Source: Planctomycetaceae bacterium
GTDB lineage: Bacteria; Planctomycetota; Planctomycetia; Pirellulales; UBA1268
Assembly: GCA_947449135.1 (NCBI GenBank)
Contig: CANFQO010000002.1
Span: 86,045 to 150,044, forward strand
Direction of reading: 5' to 3'
DNA: 64,000 nucleotides
Position 1 is the first letter of the stretch, and each line of letters starts with the position of its first letter. Shown one piece after another: positions 49,016-57,403 of this stretch. Position numbers and translations under genes: made by a program. The notes beneath the pieces were generated by a model, which saw nothing but the letters and a program-made list of their open reading frames with translations, was not told the DNA's origin and ran no database searches.

Positions 49016-49152
49016 GGGGTTTTCCCGTACCGTATCGCTGGACGTTCGCTGGGCCCATCCTGGCCTTCGCTCTCTCGATGCTGACGACGCTCCGGCATCC
49101 TGCCTGCGTTTGTCAGCAACGCCGGCTTCACGGCACGGGCAACCGCTCGCGG
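49016..49152 (+). repeat. Structured intergenic repeat, copy 4 (degenerate)
   Basis: The core GGACGTTCGCTGGGCCCATCCTGGCCTTCGCTCTCTCGATGCTGAC ... TTTGTCAGCAACGCCGGCTTCACGGCACGGGCAACCGC aligns to copies 1-3 with several substitutions. The terminal arms are only partly complementary. Confidence 0.6.
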
Positions 49153-49228
49153 CTTCCGTGGTCGAGCGGGCTTCAGCCCAGGAATGCTCGAATGGACCCA
49201 CCATCGAGACTTTTCGTACATTAGTGCT

Positions 49229-50386
49229 ATGGCTTCCGTTCACACCGACACGTCCGCCGACCCCACGGCATCTGTTGCTCCGCCGCGCCGCCGTGCGGAA
49301 CGGCGACGGACGTTCGCCGACTTCCTCACGCAATACGTGTTGCCACTCGTGGCCTTGGCAATGCTGGGATTCGCCGGCTGGTATGTCGCGAAGACCCGCC
49401 CCATCACCAACAACCCACCGCCGCCGATCGAACCGGCACGCAGCCCCTATGCCGCCACGCTCGCGGCGGCCGGCATCGTCGAGGCGCAGACGGAGAACAT
49501 CTCCGTGGGCTCCGCCACACCCGGGGTCGTGGTGCAGGTGCTTGTGAAGGTGGGCGACGCGGTGACGGCGGGCCAGCCGCTCTTCCGGCTCGACGACCGG
49601 CAACTGCAGGGCGAACTGGCTGTGAAGCGGGCGATGGTCTCGCAGGAGAAGAGCGAGTTGATCCGGCTCGAGGCTGAGCCGCGCAAGGAAAAGATTCCGG
49701 TCATCGTGGCCCAGGTCAACGAGGCCAGGACGGCGGTGATCCGTGAGGCCGACGCCCTGAAACGCACCGAGGAAACCTTTGCTCGCAAGGTCACCACCGA
49801 GCAGGAGTTGATAGCGCGGCGGGAGGCTCTTGCTGGTGCGCAGGCCAAACTCGACAAGTCTCAGGCTGATCTCGACCTGCTCAAGGCCGGTTCCTGGCAG
49901 TATGACCGCGATGTTGTCAGCGAGTCGATCACTAAGGCGGAGGCGGATGTGGCCAAGGCCGAGATTGAACTGGATCGACTGGTCGTGCGTGCGCTCGTGG
50001 CCGGGGAGGTGCTCCAGGTGAAGGTGCGACCGGGTGAGTTTGTCGGTACGCCGCCGAACCAGCCGTTGGTGATCCTCGGCAACATCGAGACGCTGCATGT
50101 GCGTGTCGACATCGACGAGTTCGACATCCCGCGTTTCCGCAGCGAGTTGCCAGCCACGGCGGTGCCGCGTGGCAATCTCCAGGTGCGGTATCCGCTGAAG
50201 TTCGTCCGCGTGGAGCCGTTTGTCATTCCGAAGAAGTCGCTCACCGGCGAAAACACCGAGCGTGTCGACACCCGCGTGCTCCAGGTGATCTACGAATTCG
50301 ACCCGGTCGGCCTGCCGCCCCTTTTCGTCGGGCAACAGGTGGAGGTCTTCATCGACGCGGGGACACCGCCCGCCCCGGGGGCGTAA
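49229..50386 (+). CDS. HlyD-family periplasmic adaptor (DevB-like)
   Basis: N-terminal TM (YVLPLVALAMLGFAGWYV), a barrel-sandwich/lipoyl-type segment (VVVQVLVKVGDAVTAGQPLFRLD), a coiled coil and a beta-barrel domain. ATG 49229. Confidence 0.75.
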   Translation: MASVHTDTSADPTASVAPPRRRAERRRTFADFLTQYVLPLVALAMLGFAGWYVAKTRPITNNPPPPIEPARSPYAATLAAAGIVEAQTENISVGSATPGVVVQVLVKVGDAVTAGQPLFRLDDRQLQGELAVKRAMVSQEKSELIRLEAEPRKEKIPVIVAQVNEARTAVIREADALKRTEETFARKVTTEQELIARREALAGAQAKLDKSQADLDLLKAGSWQYDRDVVSESITKAEADVAKAEIELDRLVVRALVAGEVLQVKVRPGEFVGTPPNQPLVILGNIETLHVRVDIDEFDIPRFRSELPATAVPRGNLQVRYPLKFVRVEPFVIPKKSLTGENTERVDTRVLQVIYEFDPVGLPPLFVGQQVEVFIDAGTPPAPGA

Positions 50387-50511
50387 GCGGGGCAGGGGCG
50401 GAGGAAAGCCGGGAGGGATAGACCGGCCCGGGCAGGGAGCTTTCATTGCGGCAACGGTGGCAAACCCGCCTTGCCCCGTCACCGGCCGGTTGGGACATTC
50501 CCACCCCGACC

Positions 50512-51960
50512 ATGGCAAAAAACCGGCCCCGCATCACTGCCGTTGTGAACTGCCGGATCGCGGTGCGCGCGGCGCTGGCGGTTCTCATGGTCTGGCCGCA
50601 TCCGGCAGTCTTCGCCGTTGAGTTCGAACTGGTCGATAGCGTTGCTCCTTCCATATACACGCCTTCCAACGAGGCGGCTGTCGAGACCGCGGGCGTCGCG
50701 ACGGCAGGGCCCAAGAAGACGGGGGGCATGTTTCTGCCCAGCGACAACGGCACCAAGCTCTGGCGGCAGACCCTCGCCACTGTGTCGGCCGACTGGCCGA
50801 TCGTGCGCACGGTCGAGCCCGACTTCCGCTCGACGCCGCCGCGTGAGGGCCTGATTGAATCAGCCTGGCTCGAGCCGCAGGACTCGATGCCCGCAGTCCG
50901 CGGCCTGCCGACCACGGGCAAGGACTGGCCGCCGCGGCGGCAGCGGGTGGTCATTCGCGTCGTGCCTGCCGCCAACGGCGCCTGGATCGACGCGATCGTG
51001 GAGACGCAGTCGATCGCCGATGCCTATGCCACGTCGGCGCCCGGTGGCGTGGAGTTGACGGGGGGCTGGCCCACGGTCAGCTCCGGAGCTGAGCGCACCA
51101 ACATCACCACGACGCTCGCCGCCCGCATGGCCACGGCTCCCGGTGGCGTGGCGGAGCCCATCTACTCGCTGCCCGCGCTCGAGGAAGACGGCATCGGCGG
51201 CGGGCCGGCGGAACCGCCCTGGGCTCACAGCCAGCATCCCCGTCTGGCCCGCGCGGGCTACAAGGTGCTCGAGGATTACCGCAACTTCTACTCCTGCGAA
51301 AGCCTCACGTGCGTCACGGCGGCCTTCGGTGCCGGCGCGCTGATGGCCAACACCGGCTTTGATACGACCATGCAAAACGCCTGGCAGCAAGGGGTGGCGC
51401 CCACTGATGTCGGCACATTCTTCTCCGATTGCAAACCGATCGGTGAAGGTAAGTATGCCCTTGCCGTGTTTGGCGCGGCGGCCGCCACCGGTCTCGTGCT
51501 GGAGGGGCGGCCGTCCGGCGACATCATCGGCGAGTGGGGTTCACGGTCGCTTCGCATGTTCGCCGTCGGGGCTCCGCCGGTCTACGTGCTGCAGCTGGCC
51601 ACCGGTGCCTCTCGTCCAGCGGACGACAGTTCCGCCGGCAGCCGCTGGCACTTCTTCAACGACAATAACGGCGTCAGCGGCCATGCCTTCGTGGGGGCGA
51701 TTCCGTTTCTCGCCGCGGCCGAGATGGTTGAAAACCCGCTGGCGAAGGGCACGCTCTACGTCTGCTCCACGTTCGTCGGATTCTCGCGGATGAACGACAA
51801 CGCCCACTATCCGTCGCAGGTGTTCCTTGGCTGGTACCTGGCCTGGGCAAGTTCCATGGCCGTCAGCCGCACCGAGACACACTTTGCGGGGATGGAGGTG
51901 CGGGTGGTACCCCTGCCGATGGCCGATCTCGGCGGGCTGGCCGTCGAGGCTAAGTGGTAA
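50512..51960 (+). CDS. Secreted/membrane protein with a C-terminal PAP2-like domain (degenerate motif)
   Basis: Signal peptide (RIAVRAALAVLMVWPHPAVFA). The C-terminal hydrophobic region carries VSGHA and SRMNDNAHYPSQ, which resemble PAP2 motifs C2 (PSGH) and C3 (SRx5Hx3D) but have Q in place of the final D and no clear C1 lysine. Confidence 0.45.
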   Translation: MAKNRPRITAVVNCRIAVRAALAVLMVWPHPAVFAVEFELVDSVAPSIYTPSNEAAVETAGVATAGPKKTGGMFLPSDNGTKLWRQTLATVSADWPIVRTVEPDFRSTPPREGLIESAWLEPQDSMPAVRGLPTTGKDWPPRRQRVVIRVVPAANGAWIDAIVETQSIADAYATSAPGGVELTGGWPTVSSGAERTNITTTLAARMATAPGGVAEPIYSLPALEEDGIGGGPAEPPWAHSQHPRLARAGYKVLEDYRNFYSCESLTCVTAAFGAGALMANTGFDTTMQNAWQQGVAPTDVGTFFSDCKPIGEGKYALAVFGAAAATGLVLEGRPSGDIIGEWGSRSLRMFAVGAPPVYVLQLATGASRPADDSSAGSRWHFFNDNNGVSGHAFVGAIPFLAAAEMVENPLAKGTLYVCSTFVGFSRMNDNAHYPSQVFLGWYLAWASSMAVSRTETHFAGMEVRVVPLPMADLGGLAVEAKW

Positions 51961-52072
51961 CCAGATTCGCCATCCGGGCGGGTCGTGGCGTATGATTTGC
52001 CCTCCCGTCCACCGCGTGCGCGGATGCGGCTGGGTGACCCGTTCTTTTCATGCACACGCTGGAGTAGGTTTC

Positions 52073-52867
52073 ATGGCCAAGTCATCTCGAGGTTCGATGT
52101 CGTCAGGGGCAGGTGTGGCACAGAATCGCCTGCGGAGCCTGTGCACGGCGGCGGAACGAAAACTGCTTGAGATGAGCGAGAACTCTGGCTTGTCCAAGGC
52201 GGCGCACGCCGAGGTGCACGCACTGCTCGCGCGGGCGCGGGAGGCCCGCGACAAGTGGCGTGGGCTCATGGGCCAGCAGACCCGCGTGGTAAAGCGGGCC
52301 CCGAAGGCGGTCGCCGAGGCCAATGCCCGCAGCCGTGCCAAGGCCGATCTTTTCGATGGAGCCGTGAAGCGGTTCGAGGCGCACCTCAAGACGTTGGCGT
52401 CAGCCGTTACTACCGCGGCGCAGTCGGCGACCAAGTCACTGGCCGCCCGCGTGAAGAAGCCGAAGCGTGCCCGTGTCGCCGGCAACCGCGCATCGCGAGC
52501 CGGCCTCCGCGCGGAACTGTCCCGTCAGGTCGCCACGCTCAACCGCGTGGTTGTGAAGCCGGCCGCGGCCAAGGCCAAGTCGGTGGTGGCTGCCGTCACC
52601 GCGACGAAGGCTCCGGCGTCGCCCGCCAAGGTGGCCGCTGCTCCGGTGGCTGGGAAAGCCGCCGCAAAGTCAAAGAAGCGCAAGCTCCCGCCGGCCAAGG
52701 CTGCGGCTGCCGCACAGGCGATCCGGTTCGATGCCACGAAGCAGCGGTCGGCACGAACGGCTGCCAAAAACTCTCGTCTCAAGATGGAAGGCCTGGCGAC
52801 CCGTCGAGGCAGCCATGTGATGGCCGCCGGCAAGCGAGCGCAGGCCCGCCGCGACAAGCGTCGCTAG
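52073..52867 (+). CDS. Highly basic Ala/Lys/Arg-rich protein (histone H1/AlgP-like low complexity)
   Basis: A GGAG SD precedes ATG 52073. The composition is dominated by A, K and R (AAAKAKSVVAAVTATKAPASPAKVAAAPVAGKAAAKSKKRK). ORF-track start 51827 overlaps the previous gene and is rejected. Confidence 0.55.
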   Translation: MAKSSRGSMSSGAGVAQNRLRSLCTAAERKLLEMSENSGLSKAAHAEVHALLARAREARDKWRGLMGQQTRVVKRAPKAVAEANARSRAKADLFDGAVKRFEAHLKTLASAVTTAAQSATKSLAARVKKPKRARVAGNRASRAGLRAELSRQVATLNRVVVKPAAAKAKSVVAAVTATKAPASPAKVAAAPVAGKAAAKSKKRKLPPAKAAAAAQAIRFDATKQRSARTAAKNSRLKMEGLATRRGSHVMAAGKRAQARRDKRR

Positions 52868-52896
52868 TCGACTGAAGACACGTGCTGCACATGCGT

Positions 52897-52937
52897 GGGG
52901 CTCAGGCGCACCCGTTTTCTGGATGCGTCTGAGCCCC
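52897..52937. terminator. Long hairpin between convergent genes (possible bidirectional terminator)
   Basis: A 14-bp stem GGGGCTCAGGCGCA / TGCGTCTGAGCCCC (one G-U pair) with a 13-nt loop, followed on the plus strand by CGTCGTTGTGG. It lies between the basic-protein stop (52867) and the pilT stop (52974). The U-tail is weak. Confidence 0.4.
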
Positions 52938-52973
52938 CGTCGTTGTGGGCCGCTCGATGTCTGTCGAAGTGGC

Positions 52974-54062
52974 TCAGTGGACCAGGCCCGATGACGTGTC
53001 GAGCGTGCTCATCCCGCGCATCAACATCGCCACAGCTTCGGGGTTCGTCGCCAGACGGAGGGCCTCGGTGCCGCTGATCCGGTCCGCTTTGTAAAGATCG
53101 GCGAGGTGCTGGTCGAACAACTGCATGCCGTTTTCGCGGTTGGCGATCGCCTGCGGCAGGCTTGCGATCCGTCCCTCGAGGATCGCCTTACTCACCACGG
53201 CTGTATTCCGCAGGATCTCCAGGACGGGAATTCGTCCTTTGTCCTTCTTGTTGGTGGCCAGACGCTGGCTGACAACGGCCGCAAGATTCGTGGCGAGTTC
53301 CGTCTGCAGCAGTTCCCGTTCGTCGGGTGGGAACATGGCGACGAGTCGCTGCATCGTGAACGAGGCGTTCGTGGTGTGGATGGTGCTGAACACAAGGTGG
53401 CCCGTGTCGGCGGCCTGCAGCGCGATCCGCATCGTTTCGGCGTCACGCAGTTCGCCGACGAGGATCACGTCGGGATCCTGCCGAAGGGCGCGCCGCAGCG
53501 ACTCCGCGAAGCTCGGGGTGTCGCGGCCGATCTCGCACTGAGCCACGAGGCTCTTCTGCGACACGTGCACGAACTCGATCGGATCCTCGACGGTGACGAT
53601 GCGGAGGCGCTCGGTGCGGTTGAGATGGTCGATGATCGCCGCCAGCGTCGTGCTCTTGCCGCTTCCCGTCGTGCCCGTCATCAGCACCAAGCCGCGTTGC
53701 TCCTCGGCGATGTCCTGAAGCACCGCCGGCAGTCCGAGTTCGGCAAACGACTTGATCTTCAGCGGGATGGAGCGGGCTGCCAGGCAGAGATTGTCCTGCT
53801 CGTGAAATACGTTGATGCGGAATCGGGCGACGTCGGGAATGGAGTAGGAGAAGTCGCAACTGCGATCGCTTTCCAGACGTTGCAGTTGAGACTCGTTTGC
53901 CACCTGTGCGACGAGTTCGCGGAGATTCTCCGCCGTGACGGGCGGGGCGTTGATGGCGACCATCGTGCCGTCGACCCGTACCGTCGGCGGGCTCCCGACC
54001 TGCACGTGCAGATCGCTGGCGTTGAACTGAATGGTGGCCTTCAGCAGTCGCTGCATATCCAT
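52974..54062 (-). CDS. pilT: Type IV pilus retraction-type ATPase PilT
   Basis: N-terminus MDMQRLLKATIQFNASDLHVQVGSPP, Walker A GTTGSGKSTT, and PilT-type Asp and His boxes. A GAGGAG SD lies upstream of ATG 54062; ORF-track start 54239 is rejected. Confidence 0.85.
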   Translation of the reverse strand: MDMQRLLKATIQFNASDLHVQVGSPPTVRVDGTMVAINAPPVTAENLRELVAQVANESQLQRLESDRSCDFSYSIPDVARFRINVFHEQDNLCLAARSIPLKIKSFAELGLPAVLQDIAEEQRGLVLMTGTTGSGKSTTLAAIIDHLNRTERLRIVTVEDPIEFVHVSQKSLVAQCEIGRDTPSFAESLRRALRQDPDVILVGELRDAETMRIALQAADTGHLVFSTIHTTNASFTMQRLVAMFPPDERELLQTELATNLAAVVSQRLATNKKDKGRIPVLEILRNTAVVSKAILEGRIASLPQAIANRENGMQLFDQHLADLYKADRISGTEALRLATNPEAVAMLMRGMSTLDTSSGLVH

Positions 54063-54093
54063 CGTTCGAATCTCCTCTTTGAATCGCCTCGGG

Positions 54094-55782
54094 TTAGGCC
54101 TGTGGTAGCGGGCTCCCGGCCGACGCGGCGGCGGGGGCAGACGCCTTCTCCAGCCACCAGGCCTCCGCGTGGTCCTCGTTCCACTCAGTCGCACAGCCGC
54201 AGGCCGCGAGGGCGTCGGCCACCGCCCTGGCATCCGCATAACGATCTTCGGGCCGCTTGGCGAGGCAGCGGAGGATCACCGCCTCGAGGTCTGCCGGGAT
54301 GTCCGCGCGGAGTTGCCGGGGCGGCATGACCGGCTCAGACACATGGGCCCGCAGCACGTCGGCCGGCGTCTCACGCTGGAACGGCGGGCGGCCCGTGACC
54401 ATGAAGTAGAGCATCGCGCCGAGTCCGTAGATGTCGGACCTGCCGTCGACGACCCGGTCGGCGACGGCCTGTTCGGGCGAAACATACTCCGGCGTGCCGG
54501 CGACCATCCCAGAGGCTGCCGGATCAGGGTCCGGCAGGGCCGCCACACCGCCGACGACACCGAAGTCGAGCACCTTCGCCACGTCGCAGCGGCCGCCGAG
54601 GACCGAGACGAAGACGTTCGCGGGACTCAGGTCACGGTGGACGAAGCCCTGCCGGTGCGCCTCGGCGATCGCACCGCAGATCTGACGGCCCAGGAAGACG
54701 GCGCGGCCCGCGGGCATCGGCCCCGACCGGCCGACGATGTCGGCGACGCAGAGCCCCGGCAGAAACTCCATGGCGCAGTACGCCGTGCCGTCGCCCGTGC
54801 GGCCGAAATCGAAGACGCTGACGGTGTTGGGGTGTAACAGCCGGGCCGCCGCCTGCACCTCCCGTTCGAACCGGGCCGTCGCCACGCGGTCTCCCGGCCT
54901 CACGAGCTTGATCGCGCACGGCCGCCTGAGCTCGTCGTGCTCCGCCAAATAGACGTGGCCTACCCCGCGATCGCCGAGCGAACGCACCAGGCGATAGGGA
55001 CCCACGCGGCCGTGTCCGCCCGGACCGGAGTCGCGATCACCGTCCGCGTCGCCCTCGTGGCCGCGCAACACCCAGGCCGCGAGCGTTGAGAGCGCCACCC
55101 CCATGATGAGGAAGACCGCGTTGGTCATGACGATCTGGTGGTTTGCCAGGTCATCCATGTCGTGATTGGCCGTGTCGGCGTGGTGCAGCACGAACCCATG
55201 GCAGAGGATCAGGGCGGCGGCCATCGTCACCACGATCCGCGCCGTCGCCGCCGGGGCACGGGGCACGAAGATGCCGTAGCAGAGCATGAGCATGAGCGTC
55301 CGGATGACGCCATTCTTCTGTACGGCGACGGCGTCGACCAGATCACCGCGATCGATGAGGTCGATGGCGGAGATGTATTGCGCGGCCAGCATGACCAGCA
55401 TCTCGAACCCGAACAGACATCCCTCGACAAACCGGACATGAAGTCGACTGAGTTGCAGCGGCGACCGCAGCAGCGCAAACGCAAGCCCCGCCACTGCGGC
55501 TCGCAGCAGCAACGACCAAGTCGGCGCGTCGGACGCGGAGAAGGTGGTCGATGCAGGGCCGGTCACCTTGATCACGGCAAACACGAGGTGGAACAGGCTC
55601 AGGAATCCGGCAACGATGGCCAGCCGCGACCGCAGTTTCGACGTCGCCAGGCCGACCTCCGGAGGAATTCCCCGGACCGCATCGGCCGGGTCACCAAGGC
55701 CTTCCGTCACCGCTTCGAGTTCAACGTCGTCGTCGGAGTGCGGGGCTTCAGGGCGGCCGGAGTAGTCGTTCGCTGCACGCAT
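54094..55782 (-). CDS. Ser/Thr protein kinase with a polytopic N-terminal membrane domain
   Basis: Hanks motifs in the C-terminal half (LGDRGVGHVY, AIKLV, HRDLSPANVF, DFG, TPEYVSPEQ). About six hydrophobic segments occupy the first ~240 aa. A GGAAGGA SD lies 7 nt before ATG 55782. Confidence 0.85.
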   Translation of the reverse strand: MRAANDYSGRPEAPHSDDDVELEAVTEGLGDPADAVRGIPPEVGLATSKLRSRLAIVAGFLSLFHLVFAVIKVTGPASTTFSASDAPTWSLLLRAAVAGLAFALLRSPLQLSRLHVRFVEGCLFGFEMLVMLAAQYISAIDLIDRGDLVDAVAVQKNGVIRTLMLMLCYGIFVPRAPAATARIVVTMAAALILCHGFVLHHADTANHDMDDLANHQIVMTNAVFLIMGVALSTLAAWVLRGHEGDADGDRDSGPGGHGRVGPYRLVRSLGDRGVGHVYLAEHDELRRPCAIKLVRPGDRVATARFEREVQAAARLLHPNTVSVFDFGRTGDGTAYCAMEFLPGLCVADIVGRSGPMPAGRAVFLGRQICGAIAEAHRQGFVHRDLSPANVFVSVLGGRCDVAKVLDFGVVGGVAALPDPDPAASGMVAGTPEYVSPEQAVADRVVDGRSDIYGLGAMLYFMVTGRPPFQRETPADVLRAHVSEPVMPPRQLRADIPADLEAVILRCLAKRPEDRYADARAVADALAACGCATEWNEDHAEAWWLEKASAPAAASAGSPLPQA

Positions 55783-55846
55783 CGGTTGGTCCTTCCTGCG
55801 GGAGTGGTGGCGTGGTGCGTGGCACCGCCCGCCGGGAGACTGCCCC

Positions 55847-56887
55847 TCAAGGCCTCTGGCCAGGGGTAGGCTGGTTGGTGCTTTCCGAACCGGGCTGGGA
55901 TGAGGGGGCCGGCGCCGGTCCCTCGCGGAGCAACGTCCGCGCCGCCTTCAGTCTCTCGTTGACGGCACCCGTGACGCCCCCAAGGTCCTCGTCGAGAGCA
56001 TCGGCCACCCGTTTGACAGACGCATTGATCGGTCCCGTGCTCTCTTTGCCGCCGTGAAGCCATGGCACGAACATGTAGGCCGCGACGACAACGGCGAGCA
56101 TCACAAACGGGATCCGCATCCTGCTGACCGTGTCGCGGTAACGCTGCCAGTCCGACCACAGGTAGTAGAGAGTGAACGGCGGGATGAGGAAGAGCACGCC
56201 CTGCATGGGGTTTTTCCGGAATGACAGCGTCACGAGGCTCGCGAGGTCTCCCGCGAGCCCGACGAGATTGAGGGCGACGATCGCACCGCACCCCATTGCG
56301 GCGAGCGAATGCCGGCCGATCATCCCGCTGGCGACCGCCAGGATGATGAGAATGAACGACACCGTATAGCTCGTCTCGCTGATCCAGGTCGTGGCCCGTA
56401 CCAGCAGGCTGAAGAACGACCGGTAGGCGAGGAACGCCGTCGATGGGCCTGTCGGCACCGGCCGCACGGCCGATGACGGGGCGACGGTCACCGGCGTGGT
56501 GAAGATGCCCCCCACCGACGAGTCGATGGCTGGTCCCAGTTCGGCGTCGTCCCACTCCGACGCTGCGAGCTTTGGAACGTTGACCGGCGTGACAGGGCGG
56601 AGTTTGTAATCGCCGGTTTCATCCACGGACGGCGCCGCGACGACGCGACCGGCTGTCGTCGTACCCTGACTTGTTGCCGGTGCCAGTTGGCTTGCGACTG
56701 CCGTCCGCCAATCGGCGCCGGGTGCCGCCGGTGCCGATCGTGCCTGCTGTTGACCGAGCGACTGCTGACGGCCGTCAGGCACGATCGCGCTCTGTCCGCA
56801 ATGGCGGCAACGGCCTTTTCTGCCCGCGAGCGACGCGTCCGCAACCAGCGGCTTCGCACAACTCGGACAGGCGAAGGTGATCTTCAA
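55847..56887 (-). CDS. Membrane protein with N-terminal zinc-ribbon (CxxC...CxxC)
   Basis: KITFACPSCAKPLVADASLAGRKGRCRHCGQ, a low-complexity linker, then 4-5 TM segments. TTG 56887 has a GGAGG SD 7 nt upstream and is preferred over ORF-track start 56971 (also TTG). Confidence 0.55.
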   Translation of the reverse strand: MKITFACPSCAKPLVADASLAGRKGRCRHCGQSAIVPDGRQQSLGQQQARSAPAAPGADWRTAVASQLAPATSQGTTTAGRVVAAPSVDETGDYKLRPVTPVNVPKLAASEWDDAELGPAIDSSVGGIFTTPVTVAPSSAVRPVPTGPSTAFLAYRSFFSLLVRATTWISETSYTVSFILIILAVASGMIGRHSLAAMGCGAIVALNLVGLAGDLASLVTLSFRKNPMQGVLFLIPPFTLYYLWSDWQRYRDTVSRMRIPFVMLAVVVAAYMFVPWLHGGKESTGPINASVKRVADALDEDLGGVTGAVNERLKAARTLLREGPAPAPSSQPGSESTNQPTPGQRP

Positions 56888-57051
56888 GACGGAGCCTCCG
56901 GGAGTCGGGGATTCCGGTGCCCCGTGTGCGATCGTCGCGGCGGACCACACGTGGTGGTGCGGACCGCCCAACTGGAAAGGACTATAGGTGCGTGAAGAGC
57001 CTTCTTACAAGTGTTGTCGCCCGGTGTGTGTCGGTACGCGTTGCGGCAGCA

Positions 57052-57357
57052 CTATCGCCGCCAACGGTTTCGCCAACGGGGCCGACCGGCATGAGGAGGG
57101 GTGGCTGCCGCCGGTTCTCCTGGGGGAGTCTGCTCGGCCGCCGGAGCCGCGCCCCGTTTCGACCTCGGCGTGGGATTGACCTCACCGCGATACCGTCGCG
57201 CCGTCGCGGCATCATGCGACTTTTCGATCTCCAGTATCCCGAAGTATGGGTCGGGATACTGCCAATCGTTTTGCGCCTGCGCCGGCAAGGCGGCCCAGGC
57301 CATGACGCCGGTCAGCAGCACGCCGATCGCCAGACTGGATTGTGTGGTGCGTTGCAT
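57052..57357 (-). CDS. Small secreted protein, unknown function
   Basis: Clear signal peptide (MQRTTQSSLAIGVLLTGVMAWAALPAQA-QN) and a GAGGA SD about 8 nt upstream of the ATG. The C-terminal part is basic and Pro-rich. Confidence 0.45.
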   Translation of the reverse strand: MQRTTQSSLAIGVLLTGVMAWAALPAQAQNDWQYPDPYFGILEIEKSHDAATARRYRGEVNPTPRSKRGAAPAAEQTPPGEPAAATPPHAGRPRWRNRWRR

Positions 57358-57403
57358 TACGGTGTTCCTCGAGAGGAGTCGATCACCATTCAGACGCTGC
57401 GAG

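Noticed and set aside
52974-54062. pilT as a marker of a type IV pilus gene cluster
   Set aside because: No pilB, pilC, pilMNOPQ or pilin genes are adjacent. The neighbours are a kinase and unrelated membrane proteins, so the gene is treated as an orphan PilT in a separate finding.
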